A stretch of 64,000 nt of DNA, from the NCBI RefSeq assembly GCF_009914755.1, contig NC_060936.1; one strand, written 5' to 3'. The position numbers were made by a program, and so were the translations under genes. Shown in pieces: positions 20,391 through 34,705 of the stretch (positions are counted from its first letter, which is position 1; the number at the start of each line of letters is the position of its first letter). Source of the stretch: the human T2T-CHM13v2.0 reference genome, Homo sapiens. Under the pieces are notes generated by a model, which saw only the letters and a list, made by a program, of their open reading frames with translations, was not told the origin of the DNA and did not search any database.

Positions 20391-22280
20391 CTTTACGGTG
20401 AATCAGAAATCTCCACTTATCCATTAGGGTTGTTTTAGCCAACTGGATAAGCCTACTGTGACCTACCCTTCCTCTGAACTTGACTTTTTATCCAGCCAGT
20501 GTGGTAAGTTTTTATTTTTGTGTATGAGGAACAAAGTTAAAATCAAAATAGAAAAAGCGCCTCCTTTTGTAGGGTTATCATTTGGTGTTACATGCTTTAG
20601 GAATACTGTGAAAAATACAGGAACTTCTGCAGAAACACAAATGAAAATGATGGAAAGTCTAGAAAGTAAAGTTGCAGGGAAAATGACCTCCATCTCCACT
20701 ACGACTTGAACCAGAAATAATAATAATAATAAATTGTGAGAAGAGTATTTGAGGACAAATTTATAACCAACACAAGGGCCTAAAAACCACCAAAATGACA
20801 TATTAAGGTAAATAGTGGGACTTTTTTCATTGGAGAATTTTAAGAGAAGATGTCATTGCCTTCCAATTATGGTTTCATATCTGTTCTCCCCAAAGGCATG
20901 TGTACTTAAAACCCCTCTTGGCCCCATAAGAAGATTCTTTGGTCCTGATGAGATTATGTGCATTAGAATCACTTCTCCTGGAAAGGAGACGCTAAAGGGT
21001 ACTTGAATAAAATATTAAAAATTATGGAGGACATAACAAAGGCCAATCAGTCCTTTCTTTTCCCCAGACCCCATAATAGGAGAACATGGGTTATTTGATG
21101 AAATTAAAGAGTAGCAAATTAAGTGCTAATAAAACGAGATAGTCACTTACATAATTCATTGCCATGGGAGGTCACAGAGGCAAATTTTGTGGCTACATTA
21201 AATATGGGGCTGGATAATTTTATGACCGCTAATGATATTTTTAGCAGTCAAGGCTGATACTGTGAGAGAAGAAATCCTATTACATTCTCCAGTAGATGGT
21301 TTGCAGGGACCTCTGGCAAGAGGTTTCTGAGAAGTGCAAGAGCAGACCTTGTGAGTTCTAACCTTTGGTGTACTCAAAATTGGTTTTTAAGGGGAAAGTT
21401 CCCAGGCATCCCATTCATACCTCAGTCCCATATTTTCTTGTAGAGATCCAAAAGCCCTTTCTAGTCTGAAGCAGTGGAGAAAGACATTGCCCAGAATTAA
21501 ATCCTTTCTGGTCTTTGGGAACCACTCGACTTATTTATCGTATGCCACCCGTGCGTCAGGTCCTTCGCTTGGAGTTTTAAAAAATCTTTTGGGGACATAA
21601 ACATTTGGACACATCAGTGGCATTCTGAGTGAAGGGGATGTACTAAAGGTGGAATGCAGAGTTTCATGGAAGCACGAAGAAGCAAAGGGATGTCTCAACC
21701 TGTGAGGTTCAGGGAAGGCTCCCAGAGAAGGTGACATTTGAATCGACTCTTAAAGGATGAGCAGCAGTTCACTGTTCGCAAAGCAGGGAGGGCATTCTTG
21801 GTAGAAGGAGCTTGCAGCATGCACAGATCCAGAGACAGCCTGGCATAATGTGTCAGGGAACTGCCAGTAGTTTAGGAAGGCTGCACCACAGAGGCAGAGG
21901 AGCAGTGAGGGAGGAGCTGGGGCTTGAGAATGAGGAAGGAGCCAGATGGTGAAGGAAGAGGCTTGTGTTTGCCTGAGACCCCTCTCCAACAGTGGTGCCA
22001 GTGTTTCCAGTGGCGACAGTAGTGGTAGTGGTGCGTTGGGAGTAGAGAATGGGAAGGACTTCAGGGGTGTCCTGTGACCGATAAAGGACAGCCTGTCAAA
22101 GCCTTGCCCCACTGAGTAATAGGCCTACCTCTTTTTGATCACGGTCAACAATTAGTTGGCAGTGAGTCTTGGAGTTCACATACTCTTCACTCATTTTTCT
22201 ATATCTGCTTGAAACAGTCTTTACCATGAACCAAATCAGCATTATCAATCATCTGAGGAGAAAAAAAAAAAGCCTCTTAG

Positions 22281-22573
22281 GGCTGGGTGCAGTGGCTCAT
22301 GCCTGTAATCCCAGCACTTTAGGAGGGCGAGGCAGGTAGATCACTTGAGGTCGGGAGTTCGATACCAGCCTGGCCAACATGGTGAAACCCTGTCTCTATT
22401 AAAAATACAAAAATTAGCCTGGCGTGGTGGCGCACGCCTGTAGCCCTGGCTCCTTGGGAGGCTGAGGCATGAGTTCGTTTGAACCCGGGAGGTGGAGGTT
22501 GCAGTGAGCCAAGATCGTACCACTGCATTCCAGCCTGGGCGACAGAGAGACTGTGTCTGAAAAAAAAAAAAAA
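22281..22573 (+). mobile_element. Alu (AluSx-like)
   Basis: Full dimer with A tail. Confidence 0.94.
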
Positions 22574-23944
22574 GAGGCTCCCCTGCGTTTGAGTAGGGGG
22601 TGTTTCTTACAGGTCTTAGATAAATTGGGACGAAGTCTAGAGTGTCTGGTCTGATTTTCTCGGGCTCTGCTAGAACAAAAACAGCCCTTGAGTGGGAAAG
22701 CAGAGGCAGATTTCATCGGCCTGACCCCAGACTCCCATTTTCTCTGTGAAGTTGGCTCAGCAAACAAGCAAGAAAACATACAATATCTTTGAGGAGCAGG
22801 AGCAGATGGATTGAAATGTTAAAAATCTGGTTTGTTAAATGATTTCAGCTAACAAAATAATTAGAGAGAAAAAGAAGCACCCAAACTCTCTTCCTTCTTC
22901 AGTGAAATTTAAATAAGATCATTATTAATCACTCAGAGTCCACCTTGCAATCTCTATACCTTTAATACTGATACTTTTAAGAAGAATGAAATGAAAATGA
23001 GTGAGAGAAAGAATGTCATCTGTAAACATTAGTTTAGATGCAAATACTTCAATTTGTATTGTTACATGATACAGTATGTGATTAGCAGTTTTCCTCATTG
23101 CATTATAAAGAGTTTTGTAATTAGTGCATTTTTTCTAATGGATAACTTTTTTTCCACAGTACTCTTTTAAGGCTCTTTTAAAAACATGGAATTGCTGGAG
23201 AGATATAGAAGTGAGGTTAGTTATAGAAGGTAAATAATGTTCATGTCCGATTTACCGTGAGGCCACCTATGTTTATAGGATATTGGTGGATGAAGTTGAA
23301 ATATGTGTACCAAACACTGTTGGATGTTAGACACCCAAAGATGAGTAACATCATGGCTGACAATGTACTAAGTACAACGAATGGTTTCACCAGGAATCCT
23401 TGATGAATTGATTACAAGTTCTGTGGTAGAGATCTATCCAAATGTTAGCTCTGTCTGGGGAGCTGACAGTGTTTTCACAACAGCTAATATTTAGACTAGG
23501 TCTGAAGGTAGAAATTACAGTTAACTGGAAGAGAAGAGAGAGTAGATCAAGGTAGGAGAGAGCATTTCAGAACAAAAGCAACAGAGATAGCTCCTGAAAC
23601 TTTAAATAATTTGTTTTTTCTTTTTTTCTAACTTCTGTTATATCAGTCAATGTTGTTATTTCTAATACATTTTGAAAAATTTTTCTTTGAAGAAAGAATG
23701 GGCTGTATCCTGTCAGCATGCAGTAGGTATTAATCTTGCCAGTAAGCGGGTAGTGAGCACAGATTCTGTAAGCCCCACCATTAGTTCACTTAAGATTTGT
23801 TAATCATTTGCTCTCCTGGGCTGGACACTCACCAGTAAGTCTTTGCTCTCAGAGGTGAGGTACGTGGCATGGGTAACACACATTTCCCACGTCGTTAGAC
23901 ATGTCTGTGTGATGAATCAATACAGGTTCTTCCAGTTCCAAATG

Positions 23945-24013
23945 TATAGGCTGGTACAGAAGCAATTGTGGTTTTTGCCTTTGAAAGTAATGGAGTGATT
24001 TTGCATGAAGTAT
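23945..24013. mobile_element. Degenerate MADE1 MITE (Hsmar1-derived)
   Basis: taggctggtacagaagcaattgtggtttttgcctttgaaagtaatgg...ttttgca resembles MADE1, with part of one arm deleted. Confidence 0.65.
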
Positions 24014-24198
24014 GCCTTTTGTTGACTGGTCTTCCATCAATAAGGTTGTTTATTTATAGTTGTACAAAAAAGAAATATAAGCTTTAAAAAAAGGTTGATG
24101 TCAAATGATAAATGTATCCTTTCAAGGACCATGTAAAAATAGGTGACTATATTTAATGAAACTTTAGGTTTCAGAAAGTGTTTTTCTGTCTGTTTTAG

Positions 24199-24296
24199 AC
24201 CTTAGCTGGATCTCCAAAATACAAGTGAATCACCCGGCAGTTCTGAGGCGTGCGGAACAAATCCAGGCTCGCAGAACCGTGAAAAAGGAGTGGCAG
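24199..24296 (+). CDS. DERA: Deoxyribose-phosphate aldolase, coding exon 2 (98 nt; (D)LSWISKIQVNHPAVLRRAEQIQARRTVKKEWQ)
   Basis: Acceptor ctgttttag|AC and donor CAG|gtaagg. Translation matches the recalled human DERA N-terminal region. Phase 1 to 0, joining exon 3 in frame. Not in the ORF track. Confidence 0.95.
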
Positions 24297-25450
24297 GTAA
24301 GGGTTCTTCTTGAGCATTCTGTGCCTGTATTTTACAATGCATGGTCTCTTCCCTCAAGGCCACAATATTGAATTTCACTCAAGATGCATCTAAACTTAAA
24401 AGATTGCAGCTGTCCATGACTTATTTTAATAATTCATATATGATGATGATGGGTTGGAGAAAGATAACACATTTATCCAAACAAGTTAAAATCTTATCAC
24501 TCATGAGTGGCAAAACCGCAAATGAATTTGAGGCATCTTTATTCATGAGTGAATTAAATGGCATATTTTCTCAACACATTTATTCAGTTTTTTAGACATG
24601 CCTTCTTTGGTTGTCTTCTGTTTTAATTTTAAAGCCCTAACATCTAAACTTGATGTGTCCACTGTTGAGGCCCTTAGGTATAAGAGTTGACCTTTCTTGA
24701 CCATCATATTTACCTTACTATTACTTTCTATAAATCATTTTTCAAAATTCCAAAAATGATGTTTCGTAGAGTACTTGCGGTCAGCATTTTCTTCAGTGTA
24801 TCCCAACCAAAGACGTGCTGTGTAGGATTAAAGGGAATTCAGAGTTCATTTCACAAGTGAGACAGAATACTGTGATTGAATCCTTGAGAGTGATAGTTCA
24901 CGTTTTGCTCATCCTTAGAAATATTCTGGTTGAAAAGGTAAAATAAAATTCATCAGACTGAGTTGTGAAATATGAATATTGTTTTAAAAATGGAATTGGA
25001 TTAAATTGAAAAAACACCAAAAAACTTGGAAACTTTTAAAAATGATAATCTCATCCCAGATCCCAGAGCGGGAGGTAAAATGTAAGGTAGAAACCTTCTT
25101 TCGGAGTTCTTCTTTGTCAGGGTGGCTCTGATGGGCTCTCCCTTTGGCTGAGATGGAGTAGTCAGAAGTGGGGAGACATGGGCTAATAGGGGTTTCAATT
25201 TGGGATATCTGTGGGAGAAAAAAAATGTTTAAGCCTACTCTTCCTCCCTTTTATTTTGGGCAGTGTTCACCTTGTTAGTGGCTCTTGAGCTGTGTTTATA
25301 TCATGTATCAGGATATTCCATTGAACAGTGTAGGCATAAGATATTAACACCCATACTTGTCTAATGATTCTCTACTAACCACCTGGGTTGGAGGTTGGTT
25401 GGTTTGTTTATTTATTAAATTTACTTTGTTTTCACTTTTGTTTAAACCAG

Positions 25451-25598
25451 GCTGCTTGGCTCCTGAAAGCTGTTACCTTTATAGATCTTACTACACTTTC
25501 AGGTGATGATACATCTTCCAACATTCAAAGGCTCTGTTATAAAGCCAAATACCCAATCCGGGAAGATCTCTTAAAAGCTTTAAATATGCATGATAAAG
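25451..25598 (+). CDS. DERA: Deoxyribose-phosphate aldolase, coding exon 3 (148 nt; AAWLLKAVTFIDLTTLSGDDTSSNIQRLCYKAKYPIREDLLKALNMHDK)
   Basis: Acceptor tttaaaccag|GCT and donor AAG|gtaatg. Contains the DeoC-family IDLTTL motif. Lies within ORF 25388..25633. Confidence 0.97.
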
Positions 25599-27090
25599 GT
25601 AATGTTGTTGTGTGTGATCTATGTGGTGTTTAGTGCTTACAATACTGATTACTAAATCAAAGACGACTTAAGATACAGCTGCTAATGATAGCGGTGATAG
25701 AATCCATGATAGAAACTCTTGCTGTGTATACATAGACAGATTCTTCTCTGAAAAACAGCAGGAAGAGAATCTGAGTCTTTTTTTTTTTTTTTTTTGAGGT
25801 CAGTTCTTTCCATCAATGGATTAAAATGCTTGGTAGAGAGTGACTTTATTTCTTTTCAGTTCTTCAGTTTTGGAAAATTTCTGTTTAGTGACACTGAAAT
25901 ACTCTTTCTGATTCCCTAGCCATACGTGAAAAAGCCAGTCTCATTACTTAATAATCACATCTCATACATAAAGTATTTTCTGTGAGTATATGAAATACTT
26001 TTGAAAATAAAGTGCAAATGAGAAATATAGCCTGCTTATATATTAGGTTAGATCTTTCAAAAAAAGTCATATTCACTGCCTTAGTATACATGAAAAGAAG
26101 GACTTTTCTAGAGTTGCCATAAGTTTAGAACCTTAGCATTTTGGAGATGTTGGACACCTGTAAGAATTGATTCCCTTGTTTTCTAAATAAAGAAACAAAG
26201 ACCTGGAAGGCTAAGCGGCATTCCCAAGGCTACACGTCTTGTTACTTGCTGGGCTGGTTTTGGGAGCCAGGTCTCCTTCCCATGGAGTATGCTTCATGGC
26301 CCCCGAGTGCCTATCTGCTGTGAGTGCAACTGGAGACGTTGAATTGGCCCAATGCAGGTCTTTTATCCCAAATAAACACGTTTAGGTTTGTAGGTAACAT
26401 ACAAACCTAAACAACTCTACGGCTTTTGAAAAGTATTTATTATGTTTATTTCGTGTTGGCCATAAAAATATCACCTTATTTATTGCACTTAAAGGTAACA
26501 ACTTGATGTAAGGTCTTATGATATTGCTTTGTTTTATAGTGACTATTTGAATTCTAAATTTTTTAAAATTTATGAACTTATTTCTTAAAATCAGGGCTTC
26601 CGTTTCAGATTTTATTATTTCTTGCAAAAGAGGGAATAGGATTAGTTAAATGTCATTTTTGTGGTACCACCCTCTAAATTGTACTTATATTTGTCTTCAT
26701 CTGTCCTTCTTCAAACTGTCCTTTCTTCAGGTATGTCCTATGTGAATGCTCTGTAAATATGGATTTTGTTATCTACATGAAATATTTGCATTTAGTAATG
26801 ATCACCAAATTTACTATTTAGACATTTTTAAAAAACAGTACTATGTTAATCTCAAAGATGAGTATATCAAACTTGTTTTTATGACTTTAACGATAAGAAA
26901 ATAATCCATATTGTCAAGAACTAGAAGGGAATGTGGAAAATAAAAATCTTTTAATTTATTGCAGTATTGTGGGGGAATTATTTTTTTCTCATTTGATTTT
27001 TGCCAGTGTTGCGATATAAATAATAATTAAAAGCATGTTGTATGAGTTGAACTTCATTGAAAGTTGGCTATTCCTATTTTTTCTTGATAG

Positions 27091-27186
27091 GCATTACTAC
27101 AGCCGCCGTTTGTGTTTATCCCGCCCGGGTGTGTGATGCTGTAAAAGCACTCAAGGCTGCAGGCTGTAATATCCCTGTGGCATCAG
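27091..27186 (+). CDS. DERA: Deoxyribose-phosphate aldolase, coding exon 4 (96 nt; GITTAAVCVYPARVCDAVKALKAAGCNIPVAS)
   Basis: Acceptor ttcttgatag|GC and donor CAG|gtaaaa. Contains the DeoC AAVCVYP motif. Lies within ORF 27057..27263. Confidence 0.97.
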
Positions 27187-27454
27187 GTAAAATGTGTTGT
27201 GGCTTTTGTTGTTATTTTTTAAACATGTTTCCAGTTCTTCATACAATGGGGTATTATATGTAGGTTTGTACTATGATTTAAATTAGTTTATGTATTTAAT
27301 TAGTTGTATTTATTCATGATTTTAGTATGTACTAATTGCTTAGTAAGTGGAAGACATTTATTCCCAACAATATAGAACTGTATTCCTATCCTTAAAGAAA
27401 CTCAGTTTAGGAGGAATAGTCAGGTAAAGAAAAAAGTCATAAGGCATGACATAT

Positions 27455-27456
27455 AG

Positions 27457-27488
<32 letters not shown>

Positions 27489-27592
27489 TATACATACTAT
27501 ATATGTATATGTATATATACATATTAACTATATATATAACTATATACATACTAACACACACATGTATGCATGTTCTGTTATACATATATATG
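27455..27592. repeat. (TA)n/(CA)n compound dinucleotide repeat
   Basis: Read directly from the sequence. Confidence 0.9.
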
Positions 27593-27617
27593 TAAAATAT
27601 AATAATAATGATATGCG

Positions 27618-28062
<445 letters not shown>

Positions 28063-28656
28063 TCACAGTGTTAATAAGGTAGGGAACCACATGTTAGACA
28101 GAGGCACTAGCACGTGTGAAGGCACAAAGCATGTTCAGGGAACTGGAAAAGGTTTGCTGTTGTTGACTACAAAGGCAGGGCTCTGAAGACAGGGCAAAGG
28201 GGGAGATACAGGAGTTGAAGCTAGAGAGGGAGATCAGGGCAGAATTGCAGAGGGGATCCATGCCATGTGGGGGCATTTGGCCTGTATTCTGATGATAGGG
28301 AAGACACTGAAAGGTTAGAGGCGTGACGTGATCAGCTTCATGGCATAGTAAGTTACCTGATGGTACTGGATAAATTAGAAAAGGAGTGAAATGGAGTTAG
28401 GGGAGACTTGTCACAGTACATGCAGGACCTGATAAAAGCCACACAAAACCTAGAAGATAAAGGAGAGAGTGCATTCAGAAGTCACTGACTTCAGATAGAC
28501 ACGGTAGGACTTGGTATGACAGAAAAGTCTTTAAAACATTAGTTTGGTAAATGTGTATCTGTGTGTATATGGATGGATGAATAGACAGATATAAAATTAG
28601 ATTCTAGTTTTAAGAGATGTTAGAGGAATATCCTGATGCTTTAAAAAGGGAGTCTA

Positions 28657-28790
28657 GGCCAGGCATGGTGGCTCACATCTGTGATCCCAACACTTTGGGG
28701 GGGCTCAGGCGAGAGGATTGATTAAAGCCAGAAGTTTGAGACCAGTGTGGGCAACAAAGATCTCTACAAAAAAATAAAATAAGTAAAAAT
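28657..28790 (+). mobile_element. Alu monomer (FLAM/AluJ left arm)
   Basis: Left arm only, followed by an A-rich tail. Confidence 0.8.
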
Positions 28791-29007
28791 TTAAAAGGAG
28801 TTTATAAAGGTCATTAGCTTATTAGGAATATATTAAAAGAAACATGGTGCACAGTATTTATATAGAATTGATTTATGAGGATTCCTGAAGTATTTGGCAG
28901 CTACACTTGTATAGACCTTAATTTTTCGTCAGCCTCAGTCAGTTCAGTTTTTGCTTTAAACAACAGAGAAACATGCTTTCCTCTAAGGTAACAGACCTAA
29001 GGAATTT

Positions 29008-29307
<300 letters not shown>

Positions 29308-30076
29308 CCAAGGAATTTAATATCAAGGTAACATGACAGGTTTTTTTAGAAACAGGGATGGAGAGTTAATGATGTGCATGTAAAAGATGTTACTATTTTT
29401 CAAGAGTGTAGTTGTGTTTTGTGTTTTCATTTTCCTCTTATTTACACTTGGCTCTGCTCTTCCCAACCCTGCCCCTGCCTCAATTTGGTGGACTAATTAG
29501 GTGTGTTTTCCTCCTGCATTCTCTTTTCTTTATGCTCATCTGCCAGGCTGGTTGTTTTTAACATAGGCAGTGGGAGGAACACATAGGACAGTTTGTTTAC
29601 CACAGCTAAAGAGGTTCATGAGAGAATTAATCAAGATAAATCAAGGGTAAATGAGTAAATCAAGATAGCTAACTTGATCAAGATTTGGACCCAGAACTAG
29701 TGTGCTAGATAACTAGTGTTCATTAAGATAGGGCTACCACTACTATTTTATGGCTATCACTGTGAAGATAAAACATCTTTGCTGGTTACTTAATCCACCT
29801 TCATGAGCATCTCTGCAGCATCTTAATTTCAGGTCTTCCAGAAAATGATATTTGTCCTAACACTAATATGAGAGAACATTCAATTTCTTCACACTTATGC
29901 ATAAGTGATGTTCTTAAGTGTCAGTGCATTGGTCTTTAAATGCTGATGTTTGGGGGTTTGGAATTCTTTGATGAACTACTACTGACCAATTGAAATTTGT
30001 TTTCCCCTCCCCCCCTTGCTTACTTTCTTTCTTCCCTCCTTCCCTCTTTCTTCATTTCCTTTCTTAACTCTATTAG

Positions 30077-30211
30077 TGGCCGCTGGATTTCCAGCTGGAC
30101 AGACTCATTTGAAGACACGATTAGAAGAGATCAGATTGGCTGTGGAAGATGGAGCTACAGAAATCGACGTGGTAATTAACAGAAGCTTGGTGCTGACAGG
30201 CCAGTGGGAAG
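30077..30211 (+). CDS. DERA: Deoxyribose-phosphate aldolase, coding exon 5 (135 nt; VAAGFPAGQTHLKTRLEEIRLAVEDGATEIDVVINRSLVLTGQWE)
   Basis: Long pyrimidine tract, acceptor ctattag|TG and donor AAG|gtaggt. Contains GFP.G and GA.EIDVV motifs, the latter with catalytic Asp155. Lies within ORF 30016..30294. Confidence 0.97.
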
Positions 30212-31199
30212 GTAGGTGCATGCTTTTACCTAAGAGAGTTTCACCATTCTTCCCTGGTGAATCAGATGATGAGGTAAGATGTGGTATGTTTTAGAGGTCA
30301 CTGTTCTAGGTGACAAGTTAGTAGATCAAATGGTGAGTTTAGGAGAAAGCAGGCTAAGATTACCCATCCTTGTGCCCCTCATAAATCTAGGCAGTTGCCT
30401 ACCTACATGAACTTTTCAGATCCTTTTGAGTGCTTAGGTGAATAGTTACTTCCATGCAATAGATTCATAACTTTTAAAACAATTTTATTTTACCAACATG
30501 CTTTTTCTTCAGAAGGGAAAAGTTACTACTATTCTATACTGTTTTGTTACTCAATACATACTTCACTCCAGGCAAGTCTTTTATGCAAAGTTTATTTGAA
30601 TATATTGGAGGAAACTTCCCTTTTTTATGTTAATTTTTGCAGTCTTTAAAGGTATGGGATTATTAAGTTGACTAAGTTTATTTTTACTTCTAGCATTCTT
30701 AGACACAGCTCTGATGACTATCATGAAATTAATGATTCACTATCACGTCAGCATACACTAAGACATTGCCCTTTCCAGCAACAAGCTTTTGTTTTTTTAA
30801 ACAGATATTAAAGAATCAAATAGATTTTACCTCTGTCTTAAATATATTTTGTGTACTAAAGATGAGGTCATTGGTAGCTAGAAAAGTAAAATTCTCTTTC
30901 AAAAAAGTCATTATAATAAATAGTTTAACCAAAAATTTTTAATGAAATCACAAGTTAAAGCCAGGATAGTATATTGTCTCTTTATATATCAAATAAATGG
31001 CATATTTTATACTAATTATGGAGGCTATTCCCACACTCCTTTAAAGTTTAAATAAGAGATAGGATTTTATCTCTTATTTAACCTGCTTATTGGACTTGCC
31101 TATTTCTCATGGGTATTTTCCTGTGACTGTTTCTATCCATCTGTATCTGTAAAGCCTATGTCTATTTGTGAAGCCTAATTCCATTGATTGTCAATTATG

Positions 31200-31600
31200 A
31201 ATTGCTTTTGGTTATGAAGTAGCAAATGTTCAGTCAGTGGTTTAAACCCTCAGTATTTATTCTCTTATATAAAGTCCAGGGGTAGGTATTTCAGGGGTGT
31301 GTGGCAGCTCCACAAAGTTCTTGGAGACCCGGGCTACGTTTATATTCCAGTTCCAAAGCATGTGGCTTCTGCTGTTAATGTCAAGGGCACTTCATTGTCT
31401 GAGATGGCTTCTGAAGCTCCAGCACCTTACACTCATCTCCTAGACCATAGGAAAGAAAGGCTTTTCTCATCAAGTCTCACACAACACCTTTGTTTATTAC
31501 ACCTTTGCCCGTTGGCCTGAGCTGAGTGACGTGGCCATTCTTGGCTGCAAGTAAGCTGGAAAATAGAGTTTTTAGCTTGGAATATTAACTACTTTCCTGT
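31200..31600 (-). mobile_element. Old MLT1 LTR fragment (MLT1J-like)
   Basis: Contains aagtccaggggtaggta and gtgacgtggccattcttggctgcaagtaagctggaaaatagagt. Confidence 0.55.
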
Positions 31601-32563
31601 ACATTCCCATTTCCATTGCGTTCACCCCACCGCCCCCCAAGTTCCCCATTAATACTCATCAACATTTATAATTCTTGCCAGGTTTAAACTCTTGACAGTT
31701 CACAAATATCTTTTTGTATTTTGTGTTCCTTTTTTGTGATTGTTCATGTGTGTGTTTTAGCCAATTACAGTCATTCTGAAAAGGCGTATTTTAAATAGAT
31801 ATCTCTGTTCCTATATATTAATTTTGCTTATCTGCTTTTAGTCACGGATTTCACTAAGATTTAAGGCTAGAGTAAAATGAAAAAGTGAGTAAGCGTAGTA
31901 TTTAAAACAAATCTGGCAATAAACTTTATGTGATTTAGTTGTATACAAACCTATATGTCCTTTATATCTTAAGCAATTGTAGATGTAGAAATTGGGTTTA
32001 TATTATAACTTACACCTTTTATTAAGCAGTTGTGGATATAGAAATATGGTTTATATTATGCTACTAATTGGAAAATAAAATACAATAGGAGATGGGTTTT
32101 GATGTAGCTGACTGCCCCTTAATGAACTAGGAATGGTTGTTTTTAAGAACTGATAATTTCCCAATAACAGGCGTTTATGCAAAATGTAATGACAGATCTT
32201 TGTCCTGGACCATACTTTTATATTAACTCTTTTTCTAGTGTTAATAACCTCTTGACCCAAACAAATTGAAAAGGAACATTTAATACTAGAAATTTAATTC
32301 TAAATAGAAACCTGAAATGACTTAGGACTTTTTGCTGCAATATTTTGTCTTAATTTTGATTCTCAATTTGATTACATATTGTATTTTTCAGTGTCATGTT
32401 TTAATATTAGCTGTTTATTAAAATATGAGCATAAAATAATTTCTTGGAATTTGTGGATGGAAATGTCTATCAAGCAATTGCAGTTTTAAATCCAGGGCCC
32501 TCTCCCTTGTGCAGTGAGGTTTGTAGGATATTTGGTAAAGCACAATAGAAAGAACCCCATTTT

Positions 32564-32780
32564 ATTTTTTAAGTTCTGGGGTACATGTGCAGAATGTGCA
32601 GGTTTGTTGCATAGGTAAACGTGTGCCATGGTGGTTTGCTGCACCTATCAACCCATCACCTAGGTAGGTATTAAGTGCCTCATGCATTAGCTATTTTCCC
32701 TAATGCACTACCTGCCTCCACCCTCCCCCAACAGGCCCCACTGTGTGTTGTTCCCCTCCCTGTGTCCATGTGTTCTCATT
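32564..32780 (-). mobile_element. Short 5'-truncated L1PA 3'UTR insertion
   Basis: Contains gtacatgtgcagaatgtgcaggtttg.... TSD aagaRccccatttt at 32550 and 32781. Confidence 0.85.
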
Positions 32781-33252
32781 AAGAGCCCCATTTTTTAAAC
32801 CTGGCCCTTCAGAGTGGTCTTAACCATTTCTCATGGATGTGAGAGTCCACAGTTTAGGGTATGAATTCGAGGAGACTGGAGTTTGGGGGTGGGGGAGGTT
32901 TGATATTCCTCTCTGGGTTCTCCTTAGTGACCATTTAAAATGTCCACTTTCCTGAAATTTCTAACTTTTCCACCCTCCTTGAAGCTCCTTCACTGTTAGC
33001 ATATGAACTGCCTCCTACTTCTCAGAGAAAATAAAATCATCAGACAGGAGCTCCCTCCAGGTCCTTGCATCAGGGCTGCTTTTCTTTGCTTCTTCCTTTG
33101 CTCCTTCCTCCTAAATTCCTTCCCTCGACTGTGCTGTGGCTCTCATCTCCCCCTGCATTTTCAGAAGCCCTGCTCTATCTATTGGGCATTCTTTCTTCCG
33201 TGTCATCAGCCTTTCTGCCAGCTCATTCCCATTAAGCATTTAGACATACTCA

Positions 33253-33784
<532 letters not shown>

Positions 33785-34297
33785 TCAAACTAATATACTA
33801 ATGACCTGTCATCTCATTATGTCCAGGGCATACTCCCCAGTTGTTTATTCAGCATTACCATGCAACATATGACACAGCAGACTGTTCCTTCCTTCTGGTA
33901 ATGCTTTGTTGTTGTGGCTTTGGTGCCTACATTCCTGAGGTCTTCCTTTCTGTTTCTGATTACCCCTGCGTCTCATTTGCAAGCTCCTTCACCTCCTCTG
34001 TCATCCCTGAAGTGTCCATGTTTCTCAGAATCTGAGAACTGTGGTTCTCAGATTCTGTCCCAGTGTGACTTTTCCACAACCTTGGTGTGCTTTCCTTTGG
34101 AAACGTCATGTCCTTGCTGATTTCAGTTACATTCCTTATGGCAAAGACAACCAAACCTCCTGAGCACCAGGACCACCTGGACCCGGGGCCACCTGCTCCA
34201 GAACTCGTATTCCGTTGTATCACTACACCATGTTGCATTTTACCCATCATTTACATATAAGTAGACATTCAAATATCACTGACCCTTGACAAAATCA

Positions 34298-34705
<408 letters not shown>

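Noticed and set aside
23945-24013. miR-548-type hairpin
   Set aside because: MADE1-like, but one arm is partly deleted and diverged, so no good stem forms.
31971-32060. Imperfect ~37-bp direct repeat
   Set aside because: Old, diverged local duplication in AT-rich DNA with no sign of function.
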